NCBI GenBank assembly: GCA_026392155.1
Contig: JAPLCP010000078.1
Span: forward strand, 59,941-123,940
Reading direction: 5' to 3'
DNA length: 64,000 bases
Source: Armatimonadota bacterium
Lineage (GTDB): Bacteria > Armatimonadota > Armatimonadia > Armatimonadales > Armatimonadaceae
Shown here: positions 47,001 to 56,717 of the stretch, piece by piece
Layout of the letters: each line of letters begins with the position of its first letter
Numbering within the stretch: position 1 is the stretch's first letter
Notes under the pieces: generated by a model
Told to the model about the DNA's origin: nothing
The model's input: only the letters and a program-made list of their open reading frames with translations
Databases searched by the model: none
Position numbers and translations under genes: made by a program

Positions 47001-48449
47001 ATGTCACTCTCGGAAATTCAGCCCAAGCGCCTTGCCCACACACTCTTCTTAGACTTTGTCGGCTACTCACGGCTCACCGCCGACTCACAGGCGGCTGTCC
47101 AAGTGGTGCTGCAAAACCTGGTCTATAATCTTCCTGCCTTTCAAGCGGCTCGCAACGACAGCCAGCTGATGGTGCGTAAGACCGGCGATGGAATGGCGGT
47201 CGTTTTCTTCCAAGACATAGAGTTCCCTCTTGCCGCTGCCGTCGCCTTGGATGAAGTGATCAAGCACCAGTCCTCAGGCCTCCGGGAGCAGGTAGGCGCA
47301 CCGTTCCGTCTGCGCATGGGGATTCACTCCGGCCCGGTTGTGATCGTGGACGAAGACGGCGATGGGATTATGGATGTGGCGGGCGAGGGCATCAATATCG
47401 CCCAGCGCGTCATGGACTGTGGCGATGAGGGGCATATTCTCGTCTCGGCTGCTGTCTTTAATGCCGTTGCCGAAAAAGAACACTGGAAGTCGCTTCTTCA
47501 CGATCTGGGGATTGTTCGGGTAAAGCACGACGAGCTGGTGCACCTCTACAACCTCACGGGGCAGCGACCCGATAGCACGATCATGGGCTTTGAGGGGCTC
47601 CCTCGTAAAGTCCACGAAGCGCGTGCTCGCATTCAGCAGCTTGTCGAACAAGAAAATAACCGAGAGCAGACCGAAAACCGTGCCACTCTCACCAACTACG
47701 CGCTCCGTGCCGCCTTGTTAGTGGGCGCTTTTGTGCTGGTCGGCAGCCTGCTTTTCCTGCTCTGGCGCAACAGTACCATCAATAGCGGTGAGGTTAAGCA
47801 CGTCGCCGAGGTCATCCGCAAGAACAAGCTCGCACAAGAAAATAAAAATAAAACAGCGCCTGCGGTCACTCTAGCAACCCCAGCTCCGACCAATCCGTCA
47901 GAGAGTGCCAGTGCGATCGTCCATGCCCGTGTCCCCAATGTCGTGGGGATGCAGCGGACGGATGCAGAGAAAGCCCTTGCAGGCTTTGGCTTGACCCTAA
48001 GCCTCTCCCCGCAGACCCCTGAGGTGGGGAACGCCACGGTTCCTGCAGGGAGTATCGTTAATCAGTCTCCGCCGCCGGGTGAGCAGAATGTCCGTGGGGG
48101 CGTTGTCTACGTCACTCTGGCCAAAGGCGCAGGCACCCCGGTAGCCCCCACGCCAGAGCCACCGCCGCAGAGTGCCTATACGGGAGTCCTCGTAGATGGG
48201 CGCAGCTTTACGCAGCTAGCCAATGCGCAGACCGCAGGGCTTTTCGGCCCCAACGACGCCCCGCTCTACTCGGCAGCGAGCATGACCAGTGACGAAGTTG
48301 AGGCCATTCAGCAAGCCGGGATCAATCCGCTTCGGCTCACCGCGATCGTGGCGGGCCCGAACGGGGTTGGTCTCTCAGCGGAGGACGTCGAAAAGCTCCG
48401 CGCCCTCCCCGAGACGATCCGCGCCAAGACCGTCATCTTGCGCCCCTAG
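47001..48449 (+). CDS. Class III nucleotide cyclase - TM - PASTA-domain protein
   Basis: LFLDFVGYS, RKTGDG, RLRMGIHSGPV, DVAGEGINIAQRV; one TM; RVPNVVGMQRTDAEKAL...GSIVNQSPPPG PASTA; start at ATG 47001. Confidence 0.85.
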   Translation: MSLSEIQPKRLAHTLFLDFVGYSRLTADSQAAVQVVLQNLVYNLPAFQAARNDSQLMVRKTGDGMAVVFFQDIEFPLAAAVALDEVIKHQSSGLREQVGAPFRLRMGIHSGPVVIVDEDGDGIMDVAGEGINIAQRVMDCGDEGHILVSAAVFNAVAEKEHWKSLLHDLGIVRVKHDELVHLYNLTGQRPDSTIMGFEGLPRKVHEARARIQQLVEQENNREQTENRATLTNYALRAALLVGAFVLVGSLLFLLWRNSTINSGEVKHVAEVIRKNKLAQENKNKTAPAVTLATPAPTNPSESASAIVHARVPNVVGMQRTDAEKALAGFGLTLSLSPQTPEVGNATVPAGSIVNQSPPPGEQNVRGGVVYVTLAKGAGTPVAPTPEPPPQSAYTGVLVDGRSFTQLANAQTAGLFGPNDAPLYSAASMTSDEVEAIQQAGINPLRLTAIVAGPNGVGLSAEDVEKLRALPETIRAKTVILRP

Positions 48450-51400
48450 CCCGATCGCGTCGTGCCCGTGCGCTGAGTAGCTCACAGCGGGCGTTGATAA
48501 CATTGCTCTGAGCCTGCGTCAGAGCGGCTTGGGCATCGGCGAGGTCTAAGAGAGGTGAGACGGTGCCCTCACTCACCCCGGCGTTGTACTTCACCCGGGA
48601 GAGCCGTGCCGCCTCTTGAGCCGTCGCCTCCACTTGCAGTGCGACCGCGAGCCGCGCCTCCGCATCGCGGGTGTTGAGAACCGCTTGCCGAACTTCCAGG
48701 GCAACCGCCTCTTCCGCTTGGCTCAGCGCCGCCTGAGCGGACTCTTTTTCCGCCTCGGCTTGCTGTCTTCGTGCACGGGCCATGCCACCATCACTCAATG
48801 GAACCGTGATCCCCACCGCGACTTGCGCAATATCCCGCACGGAGAGCGCTCCGGCATTGGGGTTGTACTGGCCCCCGAGGGAGATTCCCATGCTCGGCAG
48901 GAGACTGCGCTGTGCCAGCTTCACTCCCAGCTCGGAGGCGCGAATGCCTGCCCGCGCTTGCAGAAGCTCCGGGCGCTGCGCGAGAGCCTGGTTGCGGAGC
49001 ACGACTTCATCGGCTTCGTTGGCGTCTGTTTTATTTGGAAGAGCAAGCTCGGCTAGCGAGAGTGCCGTCTCCAGCGGCAGCACGAGCTTGGTTGCCAGCG
49101 CGGCCCGTGCCAGCGCCACGCCATTCTCAGCTTGCAGTAAGCGCTGCTGAGCCTCCGCAAGCCCTGTCTGTGCTCGGAGCACATCCAGCCGAGGCGCGAT
49201 TCCCGCACGCTGGCTGGCCTCGGCGTCTTTGAGGCGCTGCTGGGCCGTCTCTTGCGCTGCTTTTGCGACTTGCAGCAGGGCTTGCCCACGCGTTAGCTCG
49301 TAGCAGGCGAGCCGGACATCTAAGGATACCTCTTGGCGTGCCTTCTCCACCCCAAGCTGGGCGATAAGTTCGTCAAGCTGGGCCGCACTCTTGGCGGTGC
49401 TCAAGAGCCCTACGATGTCCAGAGGCAGGGTCGCGGAGGCGGCGTACTGCGCTTGTTCCAGATAGGCTCCCTGGATGGTCGCTGGCCCCGCTGCAAAGCG
49501 CTGCCCTCGATTGAGGCGCACTAAGTTGGCACTAACACCAGCGGTGGGGCGCAGTGCGGCCCTTGCCTCGGTCGTCTTTCCGGTGGCACGATGCAGGCTC
49601 GCCTCGGCAAGCTGAATGCTCCGGCTTCGGCTGAGCGCTTGCGCCACCGCCTGATCCACCGTGAGCAGCTGCGTTTGCGCCTGTGCGGGGAGCGTCGTCA
49701 GTAAGAGTAGCATTACAGCACTTGGTGCTGCAATGCGCCGTGCTTCGCCTCGGGCCAGCAGGGCATAGACACTTGGGATGACGATCATGGTGAGGAAAGT
49801 CGAGACAAGCAGCCCTGCGATAATCGCCCAGTCGAGTGGTGGCCAGAGCTTACTGCCCGAGTAGGCTTGTGGCAGGAGCGCCCCGACCGAGAGAAGCACT
49901 GTCAGTAGGATCGGGCGCAGGCGGCGGCGGCTGGCATCCACGAGCGCATCCGCCATGGAGATTTGCTGGTGGCGCTGCTCCTCTTGGGCGTAGTGAAAGA
50001 CAAAGATCGTGTGGTTGGTCACAATTCCCCCCAGCGCGGCGATCCCTAGAAACGCCATGAAGCCAAAGTTCTGATGTGCGAGAAAGAGTCCCGGCACGGC
50101 ACCAATCACCCCGAGCGGCACGGAGGCCAGGATCGCGGTGACAATCGGCACAGAGTTGAACTGCACCATCAAGACCACTAAGTTAAAGACAAAGGCCACG
50201 GCAAAGACCACGATCATATTGACAAACGACTTATTTGCCTCTTCTTGCTCGCCGCCGTAGCCCAGCGCCACAGTCTCGGTGAGGGGCTGTTTTACCAGTG
50301 ACACCTTGAGGTCATCGACAATGGCGGAGGCCAGACGAGAGCCATCGAGATAGGCGCTGACGGTGAGTGTCTGCTGCCCGTTGCGCCGGACAATGCGTCC
50401 CTCACCGGGGGTCAGCGCAAGTGTCGCCACTTGCTGGAGCTGGACGCCACCGGGCAGGTAGAGATCCCGCAGGCTCTCAGGCGACACCCGCTCCTGGAGC
50501 TCGCCACGGAGCTCGATAGGGATTTCCTTATCGCCCTCCCGCAAGAGCGAGACGACCTGGCCCGTGTAGGCAAGGCGCGCAGTCTGGGCCACCACCGCCG
50601 ACGACAGCCCAAGTGCAGCGGCCCTGTCTTCATCCACGTTTACTTTAAGCTGAAGCGGGAGCTCACCGTAGCTATTATGGACACTATGCGTCCCTGCGAT
50701 CCCATTGAGCCGGGCTTCCAGCTCTGTTGCCGCACGCCGCAGGCTCTCCACAGAGCTACCCGTCACGCGTACCGCAACAGGTGCCCCTACCGGTGGGCCT
50801 TGTTCGAGCTTTTTGGCCGTCACTCGCGCCTCAGGAACGGCGACTCGGGCGGCGCTCTGAACCGTAGCGACCAGTGGGCCGGTCTGCTCCAGGGTCTCTG
50901 TATTGACGATAAGCTGGGCGTAGTTGGCCGTGGGGGTCTCGGGCGAGATATTGTAGTAGAAGCGCGGCCCCCCCTGCCCGATATAGCTCACGAAAGAGAC
51001 AATCCCTTTCTGCTCGGCTAAGAGCGCTTCCACTTTCTTGACGGCTCGCTCGGTGGCCCGAATATCGCGGCCTTCTGGGAGCCAGATATCTACGACAAAC
51101 TGGTCGCGCTCGGCGGGTGGGAAGAAGGCAAAGCCAAGCCTTGGGATCAGGGAGACAGCCCCAAAGAGCGCGAGTGCAGCGATTCCTACCACGACACCGG
51201 GCCGACGGAACGCGCTCTGCGCCAGGCTTGCTTTCCCCTCGCGGAGGGCGTCCACACCCCGGTCCAGCCCACGCTGGATCGCCGTTTTCTTTTCGTCGTG
51301 CCCCGCCCGCAGAAAGCGAAAGCAAAGCAGCGGTAGCACCGTGAGATTGAGCAGCACCGAGACCACCAGCGAGAGGGCAGTGACCAGTCCCAGATCGCGG

Positions 51401-52782
51401 ACAAAGTCTCCCACGCCACCTGGAAGAAACGCCAGCGGCAGAAACGAGCTAATTGCCACTAAGTTCGCGGTGAGAAAAGGCCCCCGTAGCTCGTCGGCAC
51501 CGAGAATCGCGGCCTGCTCACGAGCGAGCCCAGACGAGAGTTTCTCCTCGATGTTGTCTAGGACCACGATACTGTTGTCCACGACCAGAGCGAGGGCGAT
51601 GATCAGCGCCGCGATACTCATCTGCTGGACCTCGCGGCCCGTGAGCCACATGGCCGCGAACGTGGCCAGCATCGAGAGCGGAAGCATCACCCCCACTAAG
51701 AGCGCCGAGCGCCAGCCCATGAAGGCGAGCATCACCAAGAAGATAATTCCGACGGCGAGGAGCAGCTCGTGAAAAAAGCCATCCACGCGGCGCTCCACGG
51801 ACTTGGGGAGGTTATTCACCGTGGTGATCTTCGCCCCGGCGGGCAGTGCCAGCTTCCGGACGACTTCTTGGGCTTTCTTTCCCAGCTCGGAGATATTGCC
51901 CCCCTTGCGCATGGTTATGCTCACGCCCACGGAGGGAGCACCGCTGACCCGAAACAGAGAGCTGGGTGGGTCGGCAAAGCCCCGCGTGACCGTGGCGACA
52001 TCGCGCAGGTAGACCGGCGCCCCTGTCTCCGACGCTCCCACGACTAGATTTTCCAGCTCGGCAAGCTCCGCGAGGTTTCCCGTGGGGGTCAGAGTCAGTC
52101 GGGTATCCCCTGCGGTGGCTGAGCCCCCCACGTCAGGTAAGACATTCTTGCGCGAAATCGCTGCCGCAATGCTATCCGTTGTCACAGCTCCACCCCGTGC
52201 CGCCAGCCGCTGGGATGAAAGCGCGACAGTGATGACTTCTTGCTCAGCCCCTAAGAGCTGTGTCTCCCCCACTTCAGGGAGAGGCTTGAGCTGGTCGCGG
52301 AGCTGCTTAGCGAGCACTTCGAGCTGGCATGAGCTGGCACCTGGCTGGGTCACGGCAAAGATCAGCGCAGACGTATCGGCAAACCTATCGTTCACGGCAA
52401 CACTCACCACACCGGCAGGCAGCTGTGGCTTAAGATCGGCGCTACGCTTACGGAGCTGATCCATGAGCTTGTCGAGCGTGTCGGTCATCCGATCCGCTGC
52501 CTCCACTTGAATCACCGCAACACCGGGCCGCGATGTGGAAGTGACATTGCCCACATCATCAATCTCACGAAGCGTCCGCTCCAGCTTCTCGGTGACTTGC
52601 AGCTCCACTTGCGACGCCGATGCGCCCGGATAGAGGGCGACCACTTGTGCAAAGCGTCCTTTGAGATCGGGGTCTTCGCGGCGCGACATCGTAAAGAGCC
52701 CCGTAAGGCCCAGCGCCAGAACCAGAAGTGCCAGAAGCACCGTCACCGGGCGGTAGGCAAAAGCAAGCTTTGTCGGGCTCAT
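48433..52782 (-). CDS. RND efflux permease fused to TolC-like outer-membrane factor (1449 aa)
   Basis: AcrB-like aa 1 to about 1015 (RREDP, ALVVDNSIVV, FFPPAERDQF, RRRLRPILLT); linker RRIAAPSAVMLLLLTTLPAQA; OMF repeats (LDVLRAQ...L, ALAQRPEL, LDLADAQAAL). Confidence 0.9.
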   Translation of the reverse strand: MSPTKLAFAYRPVTVLLALLVLALGLTGLFTMSRREDPDLKGRFAQVVALYPGASASQVELQVTEKLERTLREIDDVGNVTSTSRPGVAVIQVEAADRMTDTLDKLMDQLRKRSADLKPQLPAGVVSVAVNDRFADTSALIFAVTQPGASSCQLEVLAKQLRDQLKPLPEVGETQLLGAEQEVITVALSSQRLAARGGAVTTDSIAAAISRKNVLPDVGGSATAGDTRLTLTPTGNLAELAELENLVVGASETGAPVYLRDVATVTRGFADPPSSLFRVSGAPSVGVSITMRKGGNISELGKKAQEVVRKLALPAGAKITTVNNLPKSVERRVDGFFHELLLAVGIIFLVMLAFMGWRSALLVGVMLPLSMLATFAAMWLTGREVQQMSIAALIIALALVVDNSIVVLDNIEEKLSSGLAREQAAILGADELRGPFLTANLVAISSFLPLAFLPGGVGDFVRDLGLVTALSLVVSVLLNLTVLPLLCFRFLRAGHDEKKTAIQRGLDRGVDALREGKASLAQSAFRRPGVVVGIAALALFGAVSLIPRLGFAFFPPAERDQFVVDIWLPEGRDIRATERAVKKVEALLAEQKGIVSFVSYIGQGGPRFYYNISPETPTANYAQLIVNTETLEQTGPLVATVQSAARVAVPEARVTAKKLEQGPPVGAPVAVRVTGSSVESLRRAATELEARLNGIAGTHSVHNSYGELPLQLKVNVDEDRAAALGLSSAVVAQTARLAYTGQVVSLLREGDKEIPIELRGELQERVSPESLRDLYLPGGVQLQQVATLALTPGEGRIVRRNGQQTLTVSAYLDGSRLASAIVDDLKVSLVKQPLTETVALGYGGEQEEANKSFVNMIVVFAVAFVFNLVVLMVQFNSVPIVTAILASVPLGVIGAVPGLFLAHQNFGFMAFLGIAALGGIVTNHTIFVFHYAQEEQRHQQISMADALVDASRRRLRPILLTVLLSVGALLPQAYSGSKLWPPLDWAIIAGLLVSTFLTMIVIPSVYALLARGEARRIAAPSAVMLLLLTTLPAQAQTQLLTVDQAVAQALSRSRSIQLAEASLHRATGKTTEARAALRPTAGVSANLVRLNRGQRFAAGPATIQGAYLEQAQYAASATLPLDIVGLLSTAKSAAQLDELIAQLGVEKARQEVSLDVRLACYELTRGQALLQVAKAAQETAQQRLKDAEASQRAGIAPRLDVLRAQTGLAEAQQRLLQAENGVALARAALATKLVLPLETALSLAELALPNKTDANEADEVVLRNQALAQRPELLQARAGIRASELGVKLAQRSLLPSMGISLGGQYNPNAGALSVRDIAQVAVGITVPLSDGGMARARRQQAEAEKESAQAALSQAEEAVALEVRQAVLNTRDAEARLAVALQVEATAQEAARLSRVKYNAGVSEGTVSPLLDLADAQAALTQAQSNVINARCELLSARARRDRARGAR

Positions 52783-54278
52783 TTCGTCCCTTCCCCTTTG
52801 ATCTGTACAGACGCGCCCTCGGTCAGGCGCTGTGGGGTCGCGGCAAGCACTTCGCCACCCAAAAGTCCGGAGCGCACCGCCACTTGCTCACCCTGGACGC
52901 TGCCGGTGACAATATCCTGGCGCTTTGCCCTGCCGTCTTCCAGCAAGAAAACATACGACTTCTTGCCATCCGTCGCGACAGCTGAGACAGGTACAAAGAC
53001 CGCGCTAGAGCGACGCGTCGGCGCAAGTGCGAGCCGGATGACCATGTTGGGCAAGAGCACCTCTCCCGGATTTTCGACGCGAACCTCGATAGCAAACGCC
53101 CGTGTCCGAGGATCGGCCTGGTAGCTGACGGTCTCAATCCGCCCTAAGAAGCGCTTTCCAGGCAAGGCATCTGCGGTCAGCGACACGCTCTGGCCGGGAC
53201 GAAGTGCCAGCCGCCCCGCCTCAGGCACGGCAAAAGTAGCCTTCACGCGACTCAAGTCCCCTAATCTGGCAATCGGCGCTCCGGGCGAGACAAGCTGCCC
53301 ACTCTCGGTGAGCTTGGCGAGCACGCGCCCCGCAAACGGCGCGACGATCCGGTGCTTCGCAACCAAGAGCTGCGCCTGCTCCACGCTCGCCGCCGCACGG
53401 GACTCTTGTGCTTTCAGACCCTCGATCTGCCGCCGGATGGTCTCTAACCGTGCAGGCCGCGTCCCCGCAACCCGGAGCTGTGCCTGCGCGGCGTCCTTCT
53501 GCGCCTGGAAACTCGCAACACCCGCACTCGCCTGCGCCACTCCCGCCGACGCGGACCGAATGTCTTCGTCGCGAGCCCCCTCTTTAGCAAGCGAGAGCCC
53601 CTGCTCAGCGGCAGTTTTGCGAGCCGCCGCCGCCTCTTGCGCTGCCTGCACTCGATCCAGCGCCTGCTGGCCGACCACACCCTCTTTCAGCAAAACGGCG
53701 ATGCGATCCCGCTCTTTGGTGGCGAGCCGCTCATCCGCTTGCGCTTGTGCCAGCGCGGCCTCGGCCTGGAGCAGCTCTTGGGCTCGAGTGGCGGAGCGAG
53801 CCTTTCGCTCGCTCTGTGCTGCCTGAGTCGCCTGCGCCACCGCCCCACGCTCTCCCGCCTCGGCCTGCGCGAGCTGGGCTCGCGCGGCTTGCTGCCCCGC
53901 ATCGGTCTCCACCACGGCCCGTGTATACTCCGCCTCTGCCTGCCGCCGCCCGGCCTGGCTCTGCTTTAGCCCCGCCTCGGCCTCGTGGAGTGTGGCAATC
54001 GCGACACTGGCATCGAGGTGTGCCAGAAGCCCACTCGCTTCCACGCGCGCTCCCACCGAGATCGGCAGAGCGCTAATCTTCGCCGCCACCTCCGAAGAAA
54101 CTGTCGCGATGCGATACGGCTCGATCTGCCCACTAATCTGAGTATTAGATTGTGATTCCACCGGAATTCCGGCGGCGGCAGGCATCTCCTGTGGCGCTTG
54201 CGCTGTTGTGCGAGCACAGCCACTAGCAAGCCCCAGCAGAGTGAGTGCTCCAAAATGGATCGTTTTTATATACATCAT
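52779..54278 (-). CDS. RND membrane-fusion (periplasmic adaptor) lipoprotein with long coiled-coil
   Basis: Lipobox LASGC; VSSEVAAKI...VGARV; IVAPFAGRV; ADPRTRAF; LLPNM. Confidence 0.9.
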   Translation of the reverse strand: MMYIKTIHFGALTLLGLASGCARTTAQAPQEMPAAAGIPVESQSNTQISGQIEPYRIATVSSEVAAKISALPISVGARVEASGLLAHLDASVAIATLHEAEAGLKQSQAGRRQAEAEYTRAVVETDAGQQAARAQLAQAEAGERGAVAQATQAAQSERKARSATRAQELLQAEAALAQAQADERLATKERDRIAVLLKEGVVGQQALDRVQAAQEAAAARKTAAEQGLSLAKEGARDEDIRSASAGVAQASAGVASFQAQKDAAQAQLRVAGTRPARLETIRRQIEGLKAQESRAAASVEQAQLLVAKHRIVAPFAGRVLAKLTESGQLVSPGAPIARLGDLSRVKATFAVPEAGRLALRPGQSVSLTADALPGKRFLGRIETVSYQADPRTRAFAIEVRVENPGEVLLPNMVIRLALAPTRRSSAVFVPVSAVATDGKKSYVFLLEDGRAKRQDIVTGSVQGEQVAVRSGLLGGEVLAATPQRLTEGASVQIKGEGTK

Positions 54279-54286
54279 TATTTTCC

Positions 54287-54299
54287 TTTACACCGTTAA
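54287..54299. promoter_or_regulatory. Putative TetR operator upstream of the adaptor gene
   Basis: TTTAC-ACC-GTTAA matches the two sites upstream of tetR. Confidence 0.65.
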
Positions 54300-54314
54300 C
54301 ATTGAGTTAAAAAA

Positions 54315-54926
54315 TTAGTGCACCAAAAAACCGCGTAGGCTTGCCTCGGCGACACTCTCGAAAAACGCAGCATGGTACTCGTCGGGGAGCATGGCCAGCC
54401 GCCGCGCCAGTGCGAGGGCGGCGGCTCCGTGAATATGAGCCCAGATGGTGTGCGAGACCACGATCTCGGGCTGGTCGGTGCGAAACTGACCGCTCGCCAT
54501 CGCCTGCGTCACCGCACTACGGATAAAGTTAAACGCCTGCATCCCTGACTCGGGCTTGGGGCCAAAAGCTTTCTCAAAATCTTCGTCGCAGAGCTCGAAC
54601 ATCAGCGCGTAGTACTGGGGGTGGTTGCGTGTGAAAGCAAAGTAGCAGCGTGCCCCCTGCCGCAGGCGCTCGACCGGGTCTTCGATCTGAATCTGGTGCA
54701 TCTGGGTGCAAAGAAGCTCAAAGCCCTCTCCAATCAGCGCGGCTAGTATCTCGTTCTTATCTTTGAAGTAGAGATAGATCGCCGTGGGAGAGTACTCGAT
54801 GCGCTCCGCGATCTTGCGTAGCGAGACAGCGGCAAAGCCGTGCTCCACGAATAAATCGCGTGCAGCATCCAGGATCGCCCTCTGGAGGTTCTCCCGCTCT
54901 CGTTTTCGTCTATCTGTACTTCCCAT
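54315..54926 (-). CDS. TetR/AcrR-family regulator
   Basis: ILDAARDLFVEHGFAAVSLRKIAERIEYSPTAIYLYFKDK HTH; WAHIHG C-domain. Confidence 0.93.
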   Translation of the reverse strand: MGSTDRRKRERENLQRAILDAARDLFVEHGFAAVSLRKIAERIEYSPTAIYLYFKDKNEILAALIGEGFELLCTQMHQIQIEDPVERLRQGARCYFAFTRNHPQYYALMFELCDEDFEKAFGPKPESGMQAFNFIRSAVTQAMASGQFRTDQPEIVVSHTIWAHIHGAAALALARRLAMLPDEYHAAFFESVAEASLRGFLVH

Positions 54927-54929
54927 CAC

Positions 54930-54958
54930 TTAACACCGTTAAGTTTACACTGTAAACT
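54930..54958. promoter_or_regulatory. Two tandem putative TetR operators
   Basis: TTAAC-ACC-GTTAA (54930-54942) and AGTTTAC-ACT-GTAAACT (54942-54958). Confidence 0.7.
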
Positions 54959-55385
54959 ATTTTTCCGCAAGTGGGTTTCCGTCACGGAGTGAAAAATCCG
55001 CAAACTCAAAGCCCGGCCCGACGGTGCAGCCCACCAGCGTGTACTCTCCGAGCGAGCGTGCCGCCTGCCAAGCCCCTGCAGGAACCGTGTGTGTTGGTGA
55101 CTGCCTCTCCCCAACAGGCCCCAGAATCCAGCGCTCGTCATCGCAGAGTAGCTCTAGGGGTGCGCCTTCATAGAAGTGCCAGACTTCGTCGGAGAGCACT
55201 TGGTGCCAGCGCGAGTAGGCGCCAGCAGGCAGCAAAAAATAGATGGTGGTGAGCGCTGAGCGAATCGGACGACCATCGCTGGGCGTGACGGTCTTGGCCG
55301 AGCGAAAGACCTCGCGAAAAAAACCGCCCTCGGGATGGGGTGTGAGCTGGAGAGTTTCGATCAGCTCCTGGGCACGTGGATGCAT
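54957..55385 (-). CDS. Cupin_5 / DUF985-family protein
   Basis: LTPHPEGGFFRE, TTIYFLL, SRWHQVLSDEVWHFYEG, VGCTVGPGFEFADF; ATG 55385 lies 7 nt after TACACT. Confidence 0.9.
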   Translation of the reverse strand: MHPRAQELIETLQLTPHPEGGFFREVFRSAKTVTPSDGRPIRSALTTIYFLLPAGAYSRWHQVLSDEVWHFYEGAPLELLCDDERWILGPVGERQSPTHTVPAGAWQAARSLGEYTLVGCTVGPGFEFADFSLRDGNPLAEK

Positions 55386-55427
55386 CGCTCCCAGTGTAGC
55401 TGATTTTGACGATACAATAGCGGCGTT

Positions 55428-56708
55428 ATGCTGGATATCCGACGAATTCGCACCGAAACTGATGCCATTAAGGCCAACCTTGCCAAGCGCGGCGAGGACA
55501 CAAGCAAGATAGATGCCCTTCTGGCACTCGATATCACGCGCCGCGAAAAACAAAGCGAGTGGGAAGTGCTACGCGCCGAGCAAAACAAGCTTGGGCCACA
55601 GATCGCCGCCGCCAAGAAAACCGGTGAGGATGCCGCGCCGATTTTGGCCCGCTCAGGCGAGCTGAAATCCCGCCTCCAGAGCCTCGATGAGGAGCTCAAG
55701 TCCCTCGACCCCGAACAAGAAGCACTGCTCTCCAAGCTTCCCAACTTGGTCTTAGATGATGTGCCTGAAGGTGGCGAGGAGTGTAACGCGGAGATTCGCG
55801 GGGCAAACAAGCCGCTCCGCGAATTTGACTTCGAGCCCAAGGCGCACTGGGATATTGCTGCAACTCTTGGCCTCTTCGACACAGAGCGTGGGGCAAAACT
55901 CAGCGGCAGCGGGTTTGTGCTCTACACCGGAGTCGGGGCGCGGCTCCAGCGTGCGCTGATCAACTACATGCTGGATCTGCACACTCTCGTGCATGACTAC
56001 ACCGAGCTCGGCGTCCCGTACTTGCTCACCCGTGAGTCCGTGACCGCGTCAGGCCATATCGTCAAGTTCGCCCCCGAGATGTACCACGATGCCGAAAGCG
56101 ATCAGTTCTTTGTACCAACGGCTGAGCCTGCCCTCGTCAATGTCCATAGAGGCGAGCTCCTAGAGCCCGGCGTCTTGCCCATTAAGTACGTCGCGCACAC
56201 CCCCTGCTGGCGCCGCGAAGCCGGGGCGGCAGGCAAAGACACCCGTGGTCTGCAGCGTGTCCATCAGTTCGATAAAGTAGAAATCTTCCAGTACACCCTC
56301 CCCGAAGAGAGTGCCAGCGCACAAAACGAGATGGTGCAGCAAGCCTGCGCCGTGCTCGATGGCCTCGAAATCCCCCACCGCCTGCTGCTGCTCGCCGCTG
56401 GCGACACAAGCTTCTCGATGGCCCGCACGATTGACATTGAGGCCTGGGCACCCGGTGTCGGCAAGTGGCTCGAAGTCTCGTCGGCGTCGGATGGCACGGA
56501 CTTCCAAGCACGCCGCGCCAATATTCGCTTCCGGCGCGAGGCCGGTGCAAAACCCGAGTTTCCGCACCTGCTCAACGCGTCAGGAACCGCGCTCGCTAGA
56601 GTCTACGCAGCGCTTCTGGAGACCCACCAAAACGCTGATGGCAGTGTCACGGTTCCGGCGGCGCTTCGTCCGCACTTAGGTGGCTTGGAGAAGCTGGAGC
56701 CAAAGTAG
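55428..56708 (+). CDS. serS: Seryl-tRNA synthetase
   Basis: MLDIRRIR coiled-coil arm, PTAEP, WRREAG...RGLQRVHQFDKVE, EVSSAS, LNASGTALAR. Confidence 0.97.
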   Translation: MLDIRRIRTETDAIKANLAKRGEDTSKIDALLALDITRREKQSEWEVLRAEQNKLGPQIAAAKKTGEDAAPILARSGELKSRLQSLDEELKSLDPEQEALLSKLPNLVLDDVPEGGEECNAEIRGANKPLREFDFEPKAHWDIAATLGLFDTERGAKLSGSGFVLYTGVGARLQRALINYMLDLHTLVHDYTELGVPYLLTRESVTASGHIVKFAPEMYHDAESDQFFVPTAEPALVNVHRGELLEPGVLPIKYVAHTPCWRREAGAAGKDTRGLQRVHQFDKVEIFQYTLPEESASAQNEMVQQACAVLDGLEIPHRLLLLAAGDTSFSMARTIDIEAWAPGVGKWLEVSSASDGTDFQARRANIRFRREAGAKPEFPHLLNASGTALARVYAALLETHQNADGSVTVPAALRPHLGGLEKLEPK

Positions 56709-56717
56709 GACACGAAG

